Below are positions 1 to 13,089 of a stretch of DNA of 64,000 nucleotides, one piece after another. Source of the stretch: Eledone cirrhosa. Its lineage: Eukaryota. A program made the translations under genes and the position numbers. The notes under the pieces are model-generated. The model made no database searches. It was given only the letters and a program-made list of their open reading frames with translations, and was not told the origin of the DNA. The stretch is taken from NCBI GenBank assembly GCA_964016885.1, contig OZ024742.1, forward strand, positions 299,336,001 to 299,400,000, given 5' to 3'. How positions within the stretch are numbered: the first letter of the stretch is position 1; every line of letters begins with the position of its first letter.

Positions 1-1142
1 TTAATTTATTTTATAGTTGTAAATCATATTTTTATATGTTACACTCTAAGAATTAACTAAGTGAAATAGCGTAAAAATAAAGGCTTCGTTGGTTTAAGCT
101 ATTTTTATAAAGGATGCCACAGAATGTACGATATATAATGATTACAATATTTTTTAGCAACAACTCTAGTCCCACACTTTTGAAGGTTTATTATAACATT
201 CTGTGGCACTTTTGAGCTTGCGCATTTTTCATGTCTAGTAAAGGAATGTTTCATATTAATATTACATGATATTTAAGCAAAACGACCGGATGTTGATATT
301 ATTTTGATGTAATGCTTATATAGAAGATGCCATAAATGACGTCTTGTGTAGGAAGACGATGAGCGATCAAGTTTTTCTATCAAAGAAACAGTCAGCTCCT
401 GAAATCAACGTGTGAGTGGTTGAGCACACCCTTTACATAATTAGTAGGAAGAGTCGTCGTGACACTGTGTGACAATGCTGATGTACCGTCTATCCTACTG
501 TCTTCCAAACAGAAAGTTTGACCTGAAGTTGTGGTAAATGACATTTACTCAAGAGACCACACAATGATATTGAACCCGATAATAGAATATTGCGAAGCCA
601 ACCTCTTAGCCATTCATCCATTCTGCTTCCACTGGCGGCACGTTTAAAGCATGGAAACCTGCACGGAATAACAGATAGCATAAAACAACAGCATGAACAG
701 GAATACAAGCTAAGTGAAAGAACAACATGCAAACTATACTGCCGCAAGGCGGATGACGAGTGATGTAAACTCATTGTATGTAGTTACGCAGAATTGATTC
801 AAAATAAACACTGAACTATCAAGCAAATGTGTAAGTGCATTCGAGGGCTAGCTAGATTCAATACAACGAATAAAACCCAAAGATTATTCCACTGTTCCAT
901 TTGCTGAAAGCAGTCTGCATATAACAAAGGAAGCCATTAAATGAACAATATAACGTATTTGTATGCATAAACAAATATCTCACACGTATACAAATATAGA
1001 TTGAATAAGACGCTTCATGTCCTTTGCAAGACAAATCTATCTCGTTCACCGAACCTTACGTATTCTTATCATCATGTTTTCATTGTTTCATTTAAAACAA
1101 TAATAAGACGGGCTTTTACGATGAAGTATATTAATTAAATCT

Positions 1143-1230
1143 GTGTGGTTAAAGTGTTCAATTATTTGCGGCTATGTGGTTTCAGGTTCAGTCCCTCTGC
1201 TCTGTATCGTAGGAATTTCTTCTACATATG
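1143..1230 (+). mobile_element. Degenerate tRNA-derived SINE head
   Basis: gtgtggttaaag...ggttcagtccc A/B-box-like layout; similar to 63155-63246. Confidence 0.4.
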
Positions 1231-1265
1231 TATGTTCAGAGATCAATTCGTGTAATATGTATGGT

Positions 1266-1328
<63 letters not shown>

Positions 1329-1331
<3 letters not shown>

Positions 1332-1425
1332 ACAAAGGAATTGTGGTAAGGAACCAGATGGACCATAACGCACCAGAGTATTCAATACTTAGGGTAGTAG
1401 AGTGGGAAATAGGAATAAGTATGAC

Positions 1426-1428
<3 letters not shown>
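1329..1428 (-). mobile_element. Family A short PLE-type element, tail-only copy in (TA)n
   Basis: Near-identical to 1483-1580 and to the reverse complement of 10585-10684 and 58395-58490; (TA)n on both sides. Confidence 0.75.
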
Positions 1429-1482
<54 letters not shown>

Positions 1483-1483
<1 letters not shown>

Positions 1484-1673
1484 CTAAGGAAGTGTGGTAG
1501 GGAACCAGATGGTCCATAACGCACCAGAGTACTCAATACTTAGAGTAGTAGAGTGGGTAATAAGAAAATGTTTAACCCCGACGGCAGAGCTCAAGCCGTT
1601 TCCACGGCTATTTCTGGACTCCGGAAATAGCCGACGAATCCGCTTGAGCTCTGCCGTCGGGGTCATACTTTTT

Positions 1674-1676
<3 letters not shown>
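1483..1676 (-). mobile_element. Family A fold-back mini-element (hairpin ~1561-1677 plus ~80-nt tail)
   Basis: ccccgacggcagagctcaagc...gcttgagctctgccgtcgggg inverted repeat; carries the 3' half of an HHR (GAAAC-GGC..GCC-GUC). Confidence 0.8.
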
Positions 1677-1733
<57 letters not shown>

Positions 1734-1736
<3 letters not shown>

Positions 1737-1999
1737 CGACGACAGATGTTGGTCAGTCTAAGCACGAAGATGTAAATAATTTGTAAAATGGAGATATTCA
1801 CGCCGAAAAGATTAGAGCAAACATCACGGGCGCTCTATCTCAAAATTATTTTTGAAAAGCATTAGAAATACGCAACCGGTAAAAACTTAAAACTAAAACT
1901 GAATACTAACCAATACTTATTCCTAATTTATACTTATTCCTAATTAAACTATTTTACACTGGGAACAATTCATCAGCATTTTCTTTTCCTTTTACTAAT
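1734..1999 (+). mobile_element. Family B short PLE-type element in (TA)n
   Basis: Homologous to 53735-53908 and to the palindrome at 36303-36503. Confidence 0.75.
1849..1884 (+). ncRNA. HHR-like motif, U3-A8 core with GCAA in place of GAAA
   Basis: ttt-TTGAAAA-gcat..atac-GCAA-ccgg-TA-aaa; second copy at 53773-53808 has a perfect gcat/atgc stem II. Confidence 0.5.
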
Positions 2000-2020
2000 A
2001 TATATATATATATATATATA

Positions 2021-2180
2021 GTGGTAAAACACTGGAAGGTAATATCCGTAGTGGTAGAGCTCCCAGTCCATGGGACGAGTTAGGTAGAAGTGGTTACACA
2101 ACAGATAGTTCATACCGAGAACAATTGGGAAAGGTTAAATAATTGTTCTCGGTGTGGTGAACTAACTGTTGTGTAACCAC

Positions 2181-2234
<54 letters not shown>

Positions 2235-2251
2235 GTGGTTACACAACAGTT
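2021..2251. mobile_element. Small fold-back (hairpin 2085-2184) with tail; its end is repeated at 2230-2251
   Basis: tagaagtggttacacaacag...ctgttgtgtaaccacttcta; (TA)n flanks. Confidence 0.7.
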
Positions 2252-2773
2252 ATATATATATATATATATATATATACATACATACATACATCCATACATA
2301 CATACTTTACATACTTTATGTAATTAATCCAATGTTCTGAAAAGTTGACGAATGGTTAAAATTTTGAATTCATCGATCAGCTCCCGTTTTCGATAAAGTT
2401 TTTATACATATTCACTGTATGTATAGTTGCACCCAAAATATTTACGAAATGCGTAGGACGAATGAACAATAGCATCTTATTCCTCCTCAGCCACTCCCTC
2501 GGCAATGCAATTTCGTGCATAGGTGTGCTAATGCCTAAGATTGACTCCAGGCCGGCGTAGAATCTGTCACCTGGCAATACATATCAAACAATACAACAAT
2601 ATATGGACAAGGGACACAAGAAGGTGGCTTTTGACTAGCCCACAAAATGAGCACGGAAAATAATTACAAGTCTTACGACTTGATATATGTGAGTATCCGG
2701 GAAAGACAAGTTGTGATATGGTTATATATATATTTAGTACATTTATATAACAAAAGAAAGTGAATATAAATGT

Positions 2774-2816
<43 letters not shown>

Positions 2817-2948
2817 GTGAGGTTTTTTTTACAAAATGAAAAATAACCGAGGTGTCCTACACGAGTGAAAGTATAAAGAAAAAAAGATGAATCGAAAATG
2901 CAACTGGAGTCTTATTTTTAAAAAAATATATATATATTTATTTGGTTC

Positions 2949-2984
2949 CTTTACCGGTTTCGCAGTTCTTCTGCTTTTCAAAAG
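2949..2984 (-). ncRNA. Minimal type I HHR, U3-A8 variant (mirror copy)
   Basis: Reverse complement of 3369-3404. Confidence 0.7.
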
Positions 2985-3368
2985 TAGAGTTGAGATGGAG
3001 GGTCTGTGGTTTTTCTCACATCTGGTTGGTCTCTGAATGTTACTTGTTTTATATGGAAAAAGTGGCTCGAAATGCCAGGTTTTTGAAGAAGTAATTTGAT
3101 TGGTAAAAGCCTTCGTGAGCCCCTTTTTTCAAGTAAAAAGAAATTCAAACACTCATATATGAAAAAACAACATGTGACCCCCCCTCCCTCTTGTTTGAAG
3201 AACTATTGTAACGCGAACTGGCGCGAAATTTATTATAATTATTGACCAACCAATCAAATTACTTCTCGAAAAACCTGGCATTTCGAGCCACTTTTTCCAT
3301 ATAAAACAAGTAACATTCAGAGACCAACAAGATGTGATAAAAACCACAGACCCTCCATCTCAACTCTA

Positions 3369-3404
3369 CTTTTGAAAAGCAGAAGAACTGCGAAACCGGT
3401 AAAG
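3369..3404 (+). ncRNA. Minimal type I HHR, U3-A8 variant
   Basis: ctt-TTGAAAA-gcag aagaa ctgc-GAAA-ccgg-TA-aag, followed by aataaa. Confidence 0.7.
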
Positions 3405-3476
3405 GAACCAAATAAATATATATATTTATAAAAAAAAAATAAGACTCCAGGTGCATTTTCGATTTCATCTTTTTTT

Positions 3477-3514
<38 letters not shown>

Positions 3515-3714
3515 TAGCGAAAATCGCATTTCGGCTATTGGAAATTAGCGAAAGACAAGTTCCGAGATGTGTGGCAAGCGGTCCATAGAAACTAGTGAAC
3601 TAGAGCAACAACGTACGTTAAAAGGCCAAACACACTGAGACGATGGTTAAACCATTATCCGCAAAGCCATAGAAACGACCAAGCTATTCGGGTCAAACAA
3701 ATAATAAAATATGA

Positions 3715-3756
<42 letters not shown>

Positions 3757-3793
3757 TTTAGGAATAACCAAAGAGTGCTTAGAAATACATTGT

Positions 3794-3852
3794 TTTATTA
3801 GCTAACAGTGTTTCATCCGTACCCTAAGGCGGAAATCATCAGAGCCTATAAA
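3794..3852 (-). ncRNA. Minimal type I HHR (mirror copy)
   Basis: Reverse complement of 4851-4909. Confidence 0.75.
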
Positions 3853-4850
3853 CAAGAGTATAACAATAGTTGCATGCACCATCAAGCTGCGTCTCCAGAA
3901 CAAGGGTAAGGGGCCAGCAGGGGGGTCCCGAGGCCAGCACTAAATGGAAACAGACACAATTCATGACGCATACACTGTCATAAAATGTCATAAAAAATGT
4001 CATAAAAAACGTCATAAAAAATTACATCAAAGATCACATCAAAAATTTATCCTTTACATGGTGCAATAGATGACAAGGAGGTTGGGAGAGAGTAGCAGGG
4101 AATGAGTGAAGGTGTTACTCAGCATGATCAAAAACAATAAAAAGATAAAAAATAATAAAAAACGCAGACCTGTCGTATTTTCAATTTCCCCCACAGGAGT
4201 GCCGGCTGTACATATACCCTACCTTTCTTAAACTCATCGTACTTTATTTTATTTTAGATTTAGGGGTTTATCGCTGACTGCCTATCCGGATAAATCCCCG
4301 GAGTATATGTTTTGAAAACATAGTGTTACTTCGCCTAACGATCGGAACTGGAACCAATTGATGTTGTCCGTAGGGTGCTGATGAGATGCGGAGGATCGAC
4401 CTATTACAATCCTACATGTAAAACTGCACCAACTATCCTTCTCACAGACTCATGCTTGCAAGATCTCTTAATCTGCCTGTACATCCTGTATCTACACTGC
4501 TTGTGCTTCGATGTATCTATGCCTTGATTTGTTTGTTTCTTTTGGTGTTTTGCTTGTGCTTTTTTTATTGTTTTTTATCTTTTTATTGTTTTTGATCATG
4601 CTGAGTAACACCTTCACTCATTCCCTGCTACTCTCTCCCAACCTCCTTGTCATCTATTGCACCATGTACATTTTTGTTGTGATTTTGATGTAATTTTTTA
4701 TAACGTTTTTTATGACATTTTATTACCGTATATGCGTCATGAATTGTGTCTGTTTCCATTTAGCGCTGGCCTCGGGACCCCCCTGCTGGCCCCTTACCCT
4801 TGTTCTGGAAACGCAGCTTGATGGTGCATGCAACTATTGTTATACTCTTG

Positions 4851-4909
4851 TTTATAGGCTCTGATGATTCCCGCCTTAGGGTACGGATGAAACACTGTTA
4901 GCTAATAAA
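4851..4909 (+). ncRNA. Minimal type I HHR
   Basis: tttat a ggct-CTGATGA-stem II-GAAAC act GTT-agct a ataaa. Confidence 0.75.
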
Positions 4910-5057
4910 ACAATGTATTTCTAAGCACTCTTTGGTTATTCCTAAACCTATAACGGCTCTGTAGTATACCAGTTATCCTACATTGAGCTAAAACCACACT
5001 GTCATACCAAGGGCAATATATCTGCGTGTCTGGGCACATTGATATATTTGTCAACGA

Positions 5058-5120
<63 letters not shown>

Positions 5121-5167
5121 AAGGAAAAGCGAAGTAGTTTCAGATGTTCAAGTCCTTTAATAATAAT

Positions 5168-5241
5168 GCTGTGATATATATTTCAATGACGACACTGGCC
5201 ACACTGTTCTGTGTGCGAGTGTCGTGACATCATCAGACAGC
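5168..5241 (-). ncRNA. Type I HHR (mirror copy)
   Basis: Reverse complement of 6184-6257. Confidence 0.8.
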
Positions 5242-6183
5242 TTGTTACATAATAAGGTTGTTTCCGAGGCAATCCAAATTGAATCGACATGGGAACGGAT
5301 GAAGTTCGTGCTTTTGGGTTTTTCATCCGTTCCCTTGTGAGTACCAATTCACCCTCACTGGTCTGTTTACATATATGTACTCTGTGTTTTTGCATTTATT
5401 CACTATTGTCTCTGTTCTTTTCTTTTCTTTTGTGTACTTTATGTCTGTTTTTCTTTGATTCTGTTCCATGTGATGGAAATTATGACCGTGTAACAGATTG
5501 ACTAATGCCTTGAACCATGTGGTTTGCCCTCCGTTATAATATACAGCACTGTCGTTCAATATCTGGATAGAGTAACTGTAACACTAGAATCCCTCCCAGA
5601 ACATATTACTTAAACATCTCTCTCCATATTATTTACTCACTTCAATCTATATTTTTACTCAATCCGAATTATCGCTTGAAAAAAATTTTTGAATTGAGAA
5701 TTTTTTAATTCTTTATTGTTTAATTTAGAATCTCTGATATTTGATTTAGGATTTTAACTTTTAATTTTTATTTTTATTTCCAACTCTCACTCTTAACTTA
5801 CAATGTAAAACCATAGTACCTAGAATTAAGTTTATTTTCCCTTATGAGTTGATGGTCAGTCTTACTGTCAACGCTTAGTGAAAGGTAGTATTATGACCTA
5901 TAAAAACTAACACCCTCCCATCCCCTCTGGCTTTCGGCTGACTGCCACAGTAGCGATGGGTAGCAGTAAACTCTGGCAGGGCATAGGTGGGCCACTGACA
6001 GCGAATTTCGTTGAAATCTGCGGTGCTAATGGTCAACTTCCTTCGGACATTCGCTTGCGCAGACCAGTGGGGGTGAATTGGTACTCACAAGGGAACGGAT
6101 GAAAAACCCCAAAGCACGAACTTCATCCGTTCCCATGTCGATTCAATTTGGATTGCCTCGGAAACAACCTTATTATGTAACAA

Positions 6184-6257
6184 GCTGTCTGATGATGTCA
6201 CGACACTCGCACACAGAACAGTGTGGTCAGTGTCGTCATTGAAATATATATCACAGC
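6184..6257 (+). ncRNA. Type I HHR with long stem II
   Basis: gctgt-CTGATGA-(acgacact..cacac/gtgtg..agtgtcgt)-GAAA tatata TC-acagc; perfect 5-bp stem I. Confidence 0.8.
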
Positions 6258-6386
6258 ATTATTATTAAAGGACTTGAACATCTGAAACTACTTCGCTTTT
6301 CCATATTCGATATTTACTCCGTCACTCCTATGTGGAAAACGTACGTTGAGTGCTTGAATTGAATTGCACCAATATTTACCCTAATA

Positions 6387-6527
<141 letters not shown>

Positions 6528-6662
6528 TATTTAATGCGTAGAAATATCCAGGACCCTAGCAGACAACTGATGAAGGAAAACTCTCTCCCGTTCATGCTTT
6601 CTTCTTATTTTTAAGTATACCTTATCTCGCAACTACACAGCCTCCTCACCCCCTCTTCTTCA

Positions 6663-6744
<82 letters not shown>

Positions 6745-7233
6745 GCATTCTTATTCGATATGTGTTTTCCACATTACCGATAATTTTTCGCGAATATAGA
6801 GGTTATCTCCCTTGCTGGACTCCATGTGCGTTCTAGCTAAAGTTAACTTCTTTATTCGTTGGACATAACCCGTTGATAAAGTGTTCCGGTCCATCCGCTC
6901 CCTAGAAGTCTTATATATTTTTATGTGGGCTGATAGGGGGCGGATTAAGGAATTGCAGAAACCCAAGAAGCTAGATTTACCATCTTTCTAGTGGGTCCGG
7001 GTAAGTTTTTACATTCATATAAATTATTGATTTATTGATATTTTATGTGAGTGACCCGAATCTTCCTGGTCGTTATTTTTCGGTGCATGGGTGATTTTAG
7101 GCATAATCTTTGTGTGTTGGTATTTTAACGTTAGTTATAGCTCTGATTTATCTGAATTATTGAGCCCTCTGCCACTCATGTCGGATTTGTTTATCGTAAA
7201 TTCGTGAGCTGATTTTTCGATACTCGATTATTC

Positions 7234-7268
<35 letters not shown>

Positions 7269-7469
7269 AGAAAGTTATATTCACATTCTTTTGTTATATA
7301 TACTAAATATTTTTATAAAAAATACGATGTCTATTTAAATGATAGTCGTGTGTCAGGCCGCTCATGAGTTGAATAAGTTAAAACGAAGGAAGGGAGATGG
7401 TGAAAATTCTACGGTGAAAAAAAGATCAGTATTTCAACTTTTGCATAAAGCTCTGTGTGAGCATACATT

Positions 7470-7492
7470 TGTGTGTGTGTGTGTGTGTGGGT

Positions 7493-7526
<34 letters not shown>

Positions 7527-7659
7527 GTGTGTGTGTAAGTGTGTTCGTGTGTGTGTGTGTGCGCGCGCGCGTGTCTGTGTGTAAGTGTGTTTGTGCGTGT
7601 GTGTGTAAGTGTGTTTGTGTGTGTGTGTAAGTGTGTTTGTGTGTGTGTGTGTGTAAGTA

Positions 7660-7690
<31 letters not shown>

Positions 7691-7840
7691 CTGTGTGTGT
7701 GTGTGCGTGTGTTTGTGAATGCATGGTCTTGTAAAAGGGAGGAAGAGGGATGGTTTAAAAACTATGCTGATCCTCATCATCACCATAATCTTCGACATCA
7801 TCATAATCATCATCATCACCCTCAACATCATCATCATAAT
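7470..7840. repeat. (GT)n microsatellite followed by a (CAT)n tract
   Basis: Direct inspection. Confidence 0.95.
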
Positions 7841-7864
7841 CGTCTTAAGGTTCTGTTAAGGGAA

Positions 7865-8490
7865 AGTATGGCACTGGGAACATAGGATGGTGAAATACGG
7901 CAATGGAGAGATAGGGTGGTAAAATACGGTACTTCAAAGATACAGTGCCGTACTATGGCACCGCGGTGCTAGGGTGGGACAGTATGGCACTGCGAGGTTA
8001 GGGTGTCGCACTATGGCACTGGGAAGCTTGTGTGACATTGTATGGAAATATGGAGCTTGGGTGGAGCAGTATGGAAACGGTGAGATAGAGTGGCAAAATA
8101 AGACAGTTGAAGCTAAAGTGCCGCATTATGATACTGCCGAGCTAGGATAGAACACTACGGAATTGGTTGGTTAGGAGTCCGCAGTATGGCAATGAGGAAA
8201 TAGCGTAGCAAAATGGGGCACGTTGGAGCTAAGGTGCTGCAATATGGCACTGCGGAGTTAAGGTGTACAGTATGGAAATATGGTATTAGGATGTTGCAGT
8301 ATGACAATGGGGAGATAGGGTCGAAACATACAGCACTTTGGAGCTAGGGTGCCACACTATGGCACTGCGGAGCTAGGGTGCACAATATGGAGCTGGGGAG
8401 CTTCAGTTACACAGTATGGAAATATGGAGATAAGATTACCGCCTATGGCAGTGGGGAGATAGTGTGGAAATATGGCACTTTGAAGCTAGT
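7865..8490. repeat. Degenerate ~29-bp minisatellite (consensus like gtatggcactgcggagctagggtgccgca)
   Basis: tatggca/tatggaaa recurs about every 29 bp. Confidence 0.85.
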
Positions 8491-8872
8491 AGCACATAAA
8501 ATCCAATTAAAAACCGTTCAAATTCAGCTTTATCAACCAAATCCAACTTCGATACCCTACAATACGACCGGCACTTTCCTTCAAAGTTTTCTTAGTCATA
8601 CCGATGTATTGCTTATTTCATTCATGAAAGCATCGATTGAACTTAAAAGTATTCTATTTTACAAAGAATTCCTATATCTTCTACTATTCATCATTGATCA
8701 CATTTTGTTCCTGTTCGTAATGATAAATAAATCACTCGTAAACTCATAACTTAGAAAAACCATCGAATAACTACCGTCGCATGACCACTTACAGATTTTA
8801 AACTCTTATCGATTAACATATAACAGACACTTATTTAAATTAAATAAATTACTTCCTGTGGCTGGTAGATAT

Positions 8873-9752
8873 TACCCCCAAATTAGTGCAGGGTTAGAAA
8901 TAATAAGGGTCGGTGCCGGATTAAAAAAAGAAGATTAGTGCCTGCTTAAAAATAATAAGATTGAGAGCCAGATTAAAAACACAAATGATCAGTGCCGGAT
9001 TAAAAATAATAAGGGTCAGTGCAGGATTAAAATTAATAAGGATAAGTCCCGGATTAAAAACACTATTGATCAGTGCCGGATTAAAAATATTAAGAATCAG
9101 TGACAGATTAAAACAATAAGGAACTGATGATCCGTGCCGGATTAAAAAGAATTAGTGTCAGTGCCGGATTAAAAGATGTCAGTACCAGATTAAAATACAA
9201 ATTATCGGCGCCGGATTAAAAGCACTTATTGTCAGTGCCGGATTTATAATATTAAGGTTAAGTGCCGGATTAAAAATAATAAATGTCAGTTCCGGATTAA
9301 TGCCGGATTAATGCTGTATTAAAAATAAGGGTGAATGCCGTACTAAAAACACTAGCGATTAATGCCGGATTAAAATCACTAATGATCAGTACCGGATTAA
9401 AAAACATAAATGGTCAGTACCGGATTGAAAATAATAAGGTTATTTGCTGGATTACAATTAATAAAGATGAGTGCCGGATTAAACACATTATGGATTAGTG
9501 CCGGATTAATAATAAGTTTGAGTGCCGGATTAAAACACAAATGATCAGTGTTGGATTAAAAATAATAAGGATCAGTGTTGGATTAAAAAACAAATAATAG
9601 GTGTCAGTGTCGGAATAAAAACATTATTGATTAGCGCCGGATTAAAATGTGTAAGTGCCGGATTAAAACACACATGCTCGGTGCCGGATTTTAAATAATA
9701 AAATTAAGTGCCGGATTAAAAATAATAAGGGTCAATGCCAGATTAAAAACAC
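8873..9752. repeat. ~25-28-bp minisatellite (agtgccggattaaaaataataagggtc-like)
   Basis: gccggattaaaa core repeated roughly 30 times. Confidence 0.9.
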
Positions 9753-10422
9753 TAGGAACAATTACCAATTGTCGAAGTTTTTGCCTTTCCGACCATCTCT
9801 GAGTTCTCAGTATACGTAACCTTTGTGCTTCCAACCTATGTCTCCCATGACAAGTCCCAGGCCCATCACCATTAGTTACAGCGTTGGATGGAGACTGCAA
9901 TATATTTATCGAACAGGTTCCTCTACCCAATGCGTCCCTTTCTATTCCGTGTGAAAGACTATGCGGTAGGGATGCCTTTACTCTTTACACACATATTGCA
10001 GTGTGTTGGTAGTCTCAGGCGCACCAGTCACCAATTTCGTACTTTTCTCAGACCCCGAAGATTAATTATTTTTAGAAGTGGCCTTTACTCGACTTGTCGT
10101 AGCTACCTCACTGGGTTATGAGAGTTTTCTTGGGAGCTCAGTGTCACCTATTACTCCCTCTCCCTTAGTAAAGAATAAAGTAAATTTATTATCACACTTC
10201 GTTATGTTTTAAAAATGAACTAAAATATTACAACTTAAATTACGATGTAGAATGATAATAACAAATATATGATGTACAAACTTTATACCCTTCACCTGAC
10301 ATTCATACATTAAAACCATTTATTTGTTTTAATGCCTGTTCAAATTGACGTTCATTTTATAAGCCCATGTGTCTTAGAAGACGTCAAATAGGGGAATATA
10401 TATTTATACATATGTAACACAT

Positions 10423-10454
<32 letters not shown>

Positions 10455-10455
<1 letters not shown>

Positions 10456-10684
10456 GGAAATGAGTCAGGACCCTAGGTCGAGCTCCGGCTGTTTCGACAG
10501 GTAGATCCGTATATACAGCAGTTCGTATATACTGCTGGCTTAGTTCGGATCTAGTTGTCGAAACGGCCGGAGCTCAGTCGTCGGGGTACTGACTCTTTTC
10601 CTATTACCCACTCTACTACCCTAAGTATCGAGTACTCTGGGGCGTTATGGTTCACCTGACCTCTTAACACACTTTCTTTGTTAT
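10455..10684 (+). mobile_element. Family A fold-back mini-element (diverged copy)
   Basis: Inverted arms ggaaatgagtcagg..gtttcgaca / tgtcgaaac..ctgactcttttcc plus the family A tail. Confidence 0.75.
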
Positions 10685-10727
10685 ATATATAGAGAGACTG
10701 GAAAATTTAGAATTTAATTCCACGAAA

Positions 10728-10800
10728 GCACTCTATATATTTCGTCGGCCTTGCCTTATCATCCGATCATGATGTAAGACTAGACAATTTCATCAGGTGT
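10728..10800 (-). ncRNA. Degenerate HHR
   Basis: Minus strand CTGATGA aatt gtc...gac GAAA tata TA gagtg; stem I imperfect. Confidence 0.4.
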
Positions 10801-11690
10801 TATTTCCGGAGGTGTGTACCTTCTGCTGTAGCTATAACACCGAATTAGCAAGCTGCCCTCGAATCGATTCAGTCCTCTATTTCCTGTTTTCTATTTTCTG
10901 TTCAACGTAATCCTGTCGTCTAATATTTTCCAGTTGATACGATGAACGGAACAGCCAGCTAATGAAATTAATTTGCAGGTGGCTGAGTATTCCACAGACA
11001 CGCGTACCCTTAACGCAGCTGCCAGGGAGATTCAGTGTTATACAGAATTTGACGCAGAATGTTGACACGGCTAACCCATCGAATTACAGGTACAAATCAT
11101 TTTTGTCAGCAGAACAGACTGGAGCAACGAGAAATAAACTGTCATGCTCAAGAACCGAATGCGCTGCGGAAATCGAAATCACGACTGCAAGGTCGTCAAC
11201 CAGCCTGTATCTATATTGACGTAAGTGTTCGTCCCCATATATATATACCGCATATTAGCATTTCAAAAAATAAAATGGCAATTGATTTAATGAGTTCCAT
11301 TCTTGAAATAAGATGTACTGGGCTTGATATGATCGAATAAGTGAAGACTGTGCACCAGCACAAAACTGTATATATATATATATATATATATATAAATGAG
11401 GGGTATAGAGATTGTTTTAGCGAGAAGCTAATAGTATTCTATAACATATATATATATATAGATATAGATATATATATATATATATATATATAGATATAGA
11501 TATATAATATAATATAGATATATAATGTATAATAGTATTCTATAACATATATATATATATATATATATATAGAAAGAGAGAGATATATATATAATTGGTG
11601 TGGGGTGCTTAAACCGTCCGTGTGCGGAAGGCCGTTTGAGCATTCGATGCTCTTTCAGAGCATTTTGGAAACTGTGCTTCGAAAGATCGA

Positions 11691-11785
11691 GACGTATCTG
11701 AGGATCTTGCGATTTCAGAATCAGGTTCGATCATCGCATCGATCGTGCCTCTAGATGGTCGCCAGAGAAACGATTGTAATATGTC
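11691..11785 (+). ncRNA. Type I HHR within a ~210-bp insert (11596-11810) next to (TA)n
   Basis: gacgtat-CTGAGGA-tct.gcgat...gtcgc.aga-GAAAC gatt GTA-atatgtc (7-bp stem I), then aataaa. Confidence 0.8.
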
Positions 11786-12189
11786 TAATAAATTTTAATT
11801 CCCCACTGATTATCCGTTTCTTATGTGATACACATATATATATATATATATATATGTGAGAGTGACAGAGAGAGAGAGAAAGAGAAATAGAGATCGAGCG
11901 AGGGAGATTTGGATATGCAAAGCGGTTGATGTACGAATTTACATTAGCTATCTTTTATTACACTAATTTTTAATTAAATATATTTTGTTTTATATTTTAA
12001 TAGAATTACAGACAATAAATTAATTCACTCCTGTATAAATAGCGTTATAAGTAAATATTGATGGAAAGATGAAAGAAATAGAAAAAAGAATAAAACCAAA
12101 ACTGAGCAACGAACAGAAGGTGGAAGGGGTAAAGAAGGGCAGATCTGACTGTACAGGAATGTAGGAGATATGGCTATCAATGCCATAAA

Positions 12190-13060
12190 TGAGAGGAAAG
12201 GGATGGTAAAAGGCAAGGACTATAAGGCCACGAAAGAAAGCGAGGCGGGTATAGGCTTTATGCCTAGGACAAGGTGATGTTTGGGCTCCGTCCCGCAGAC
12301 AAAATCGCAATGGAATTTCTGCAAATAATGGCCAGTGACACCCGCTGCAACAGCCACCCCACCTCGCGCGGTTCCTTCCTTAGCCGTTCTGATTATACGG
12401 AGTCTCGACGGTGAGCAGTGCGAAGAGGATGCGGCCTGACACACCTCGGTATTTGCTTGTCTTTCTGGTCTCTGCATTTCAGGTCGCAGTGCCGAGTTTG
12501 TCGCCAAAGCGACTAAATTGGAGGCGGAGAACGTGTCACATCACGGGGCGTCCCACATGAGAGATTTACCTCCTTTAAATGGGAAGAAGGTAATTTTGTC
12601 GTCGAGGCCTACTAGTTCCAGTTGTGAAGTTTTGGGACCACGTCATGTTCGGCCGTCTTGCTGAGGATCTCGTTGATGAGGGTGCGATAGGAGGAGATAT
12701 TGGCCGACAGCAATATTAAACGTTGCCCACTGCGATGGGGCGGACGCCTCTGTCATTCTTTCTCAGAGCGGTCAGGCCAGCTGAGAAGAGAAGATCTCGG
12801 TCAAGGCAGGGCAAGTTGGCGCGGAAAAGACTGTAGGTGAGGGCCGTGATCGACTGGAGAAACCGTACTTCAGTATCAGCATCGTGAGGCGAGAGAATAT
12901 CTATGAGGTGACCCGGGCGCAAGCAGTCCACTCCACCACTGCTATTCCCTGGGAGGATCTCATGGCAGCTACTGTATTCTCACTGGACGCAGCCAGGGAC
13001 AGATTCGTAACCGGTGCTATGGGGTCCCTGATGTCAGCTCGGGGATCCGATTGTTAGAGG
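12190..13060 (-). pseudogene. CRE-clade non-LTR retrotransposon fragment (RT N-terminus and C-terminal remnant)
   Basis: SSGGVDCLRPGHL...LTALRKNDRGVRPIAVGN matches the CRE-type RT start; frameshifted LQ-ISIAI remnant near 12300. Confidence 0.7.
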
Positions 13061-13089
13061 TGTAGCGCTGATAGGGCCTCCGGTTGAAA

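Larger units (their letters stand above)
2811..3481 (-). mobile_element. Fold-back non-autonomous PLE-type element (arms ~2872-3104 and ~3249-3484, tail 2811-2871)
   Basis: ~230-bp inverted arms, each with an HHR; (TA)n flanks. Confidence 0.85.
3753..5060 (+). mobile_element. Fold-back PLE-type element (arms ~3753-4162 and ~4561-4952, tail 4953-5060)
   Basis: ~400-bp inverted arms with HHR; (TA)n flanks. Confidence 0.85.
5117..6386 (+). mobile_element. Fold-back PLE-type element (arms ~5117-5365 and ~6060-6308, tail 6309-6386)
   Basis: ~250-bp inverted arms with HHR; (TA)n flanks. Confidence 0.85.

Noticed and set aside
490-790. Short open frames on both strands
   Set aside because: No recognisable homology or convincing splice signals.
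4378-4410. CTGATGA with a short gat/atc stem
   Set aside because: Followed by GACC rather than GAAA, with no convincing stem I.
6567-6600. CTGATGA-agga...tcc
   Set aside because: No GAAA or UH element downstream.
6742-7236. (TA)n-flanked insert that may be another PLE end
   Set aside because: No inverted arm, second copy or intact HHR core found by eye.
8873-9752. Repeat-spacer appearance resembling a CRISPR array
   Set aside because: Spacers are short and related to each other, the context is eukaryotic, and there are no cas genes.
10962-11340. Overlapping 85-aa and 93-aa ORFs in a GC-richer patch
   Set aside because: No recognisable motifs; cannot be supported as coding.
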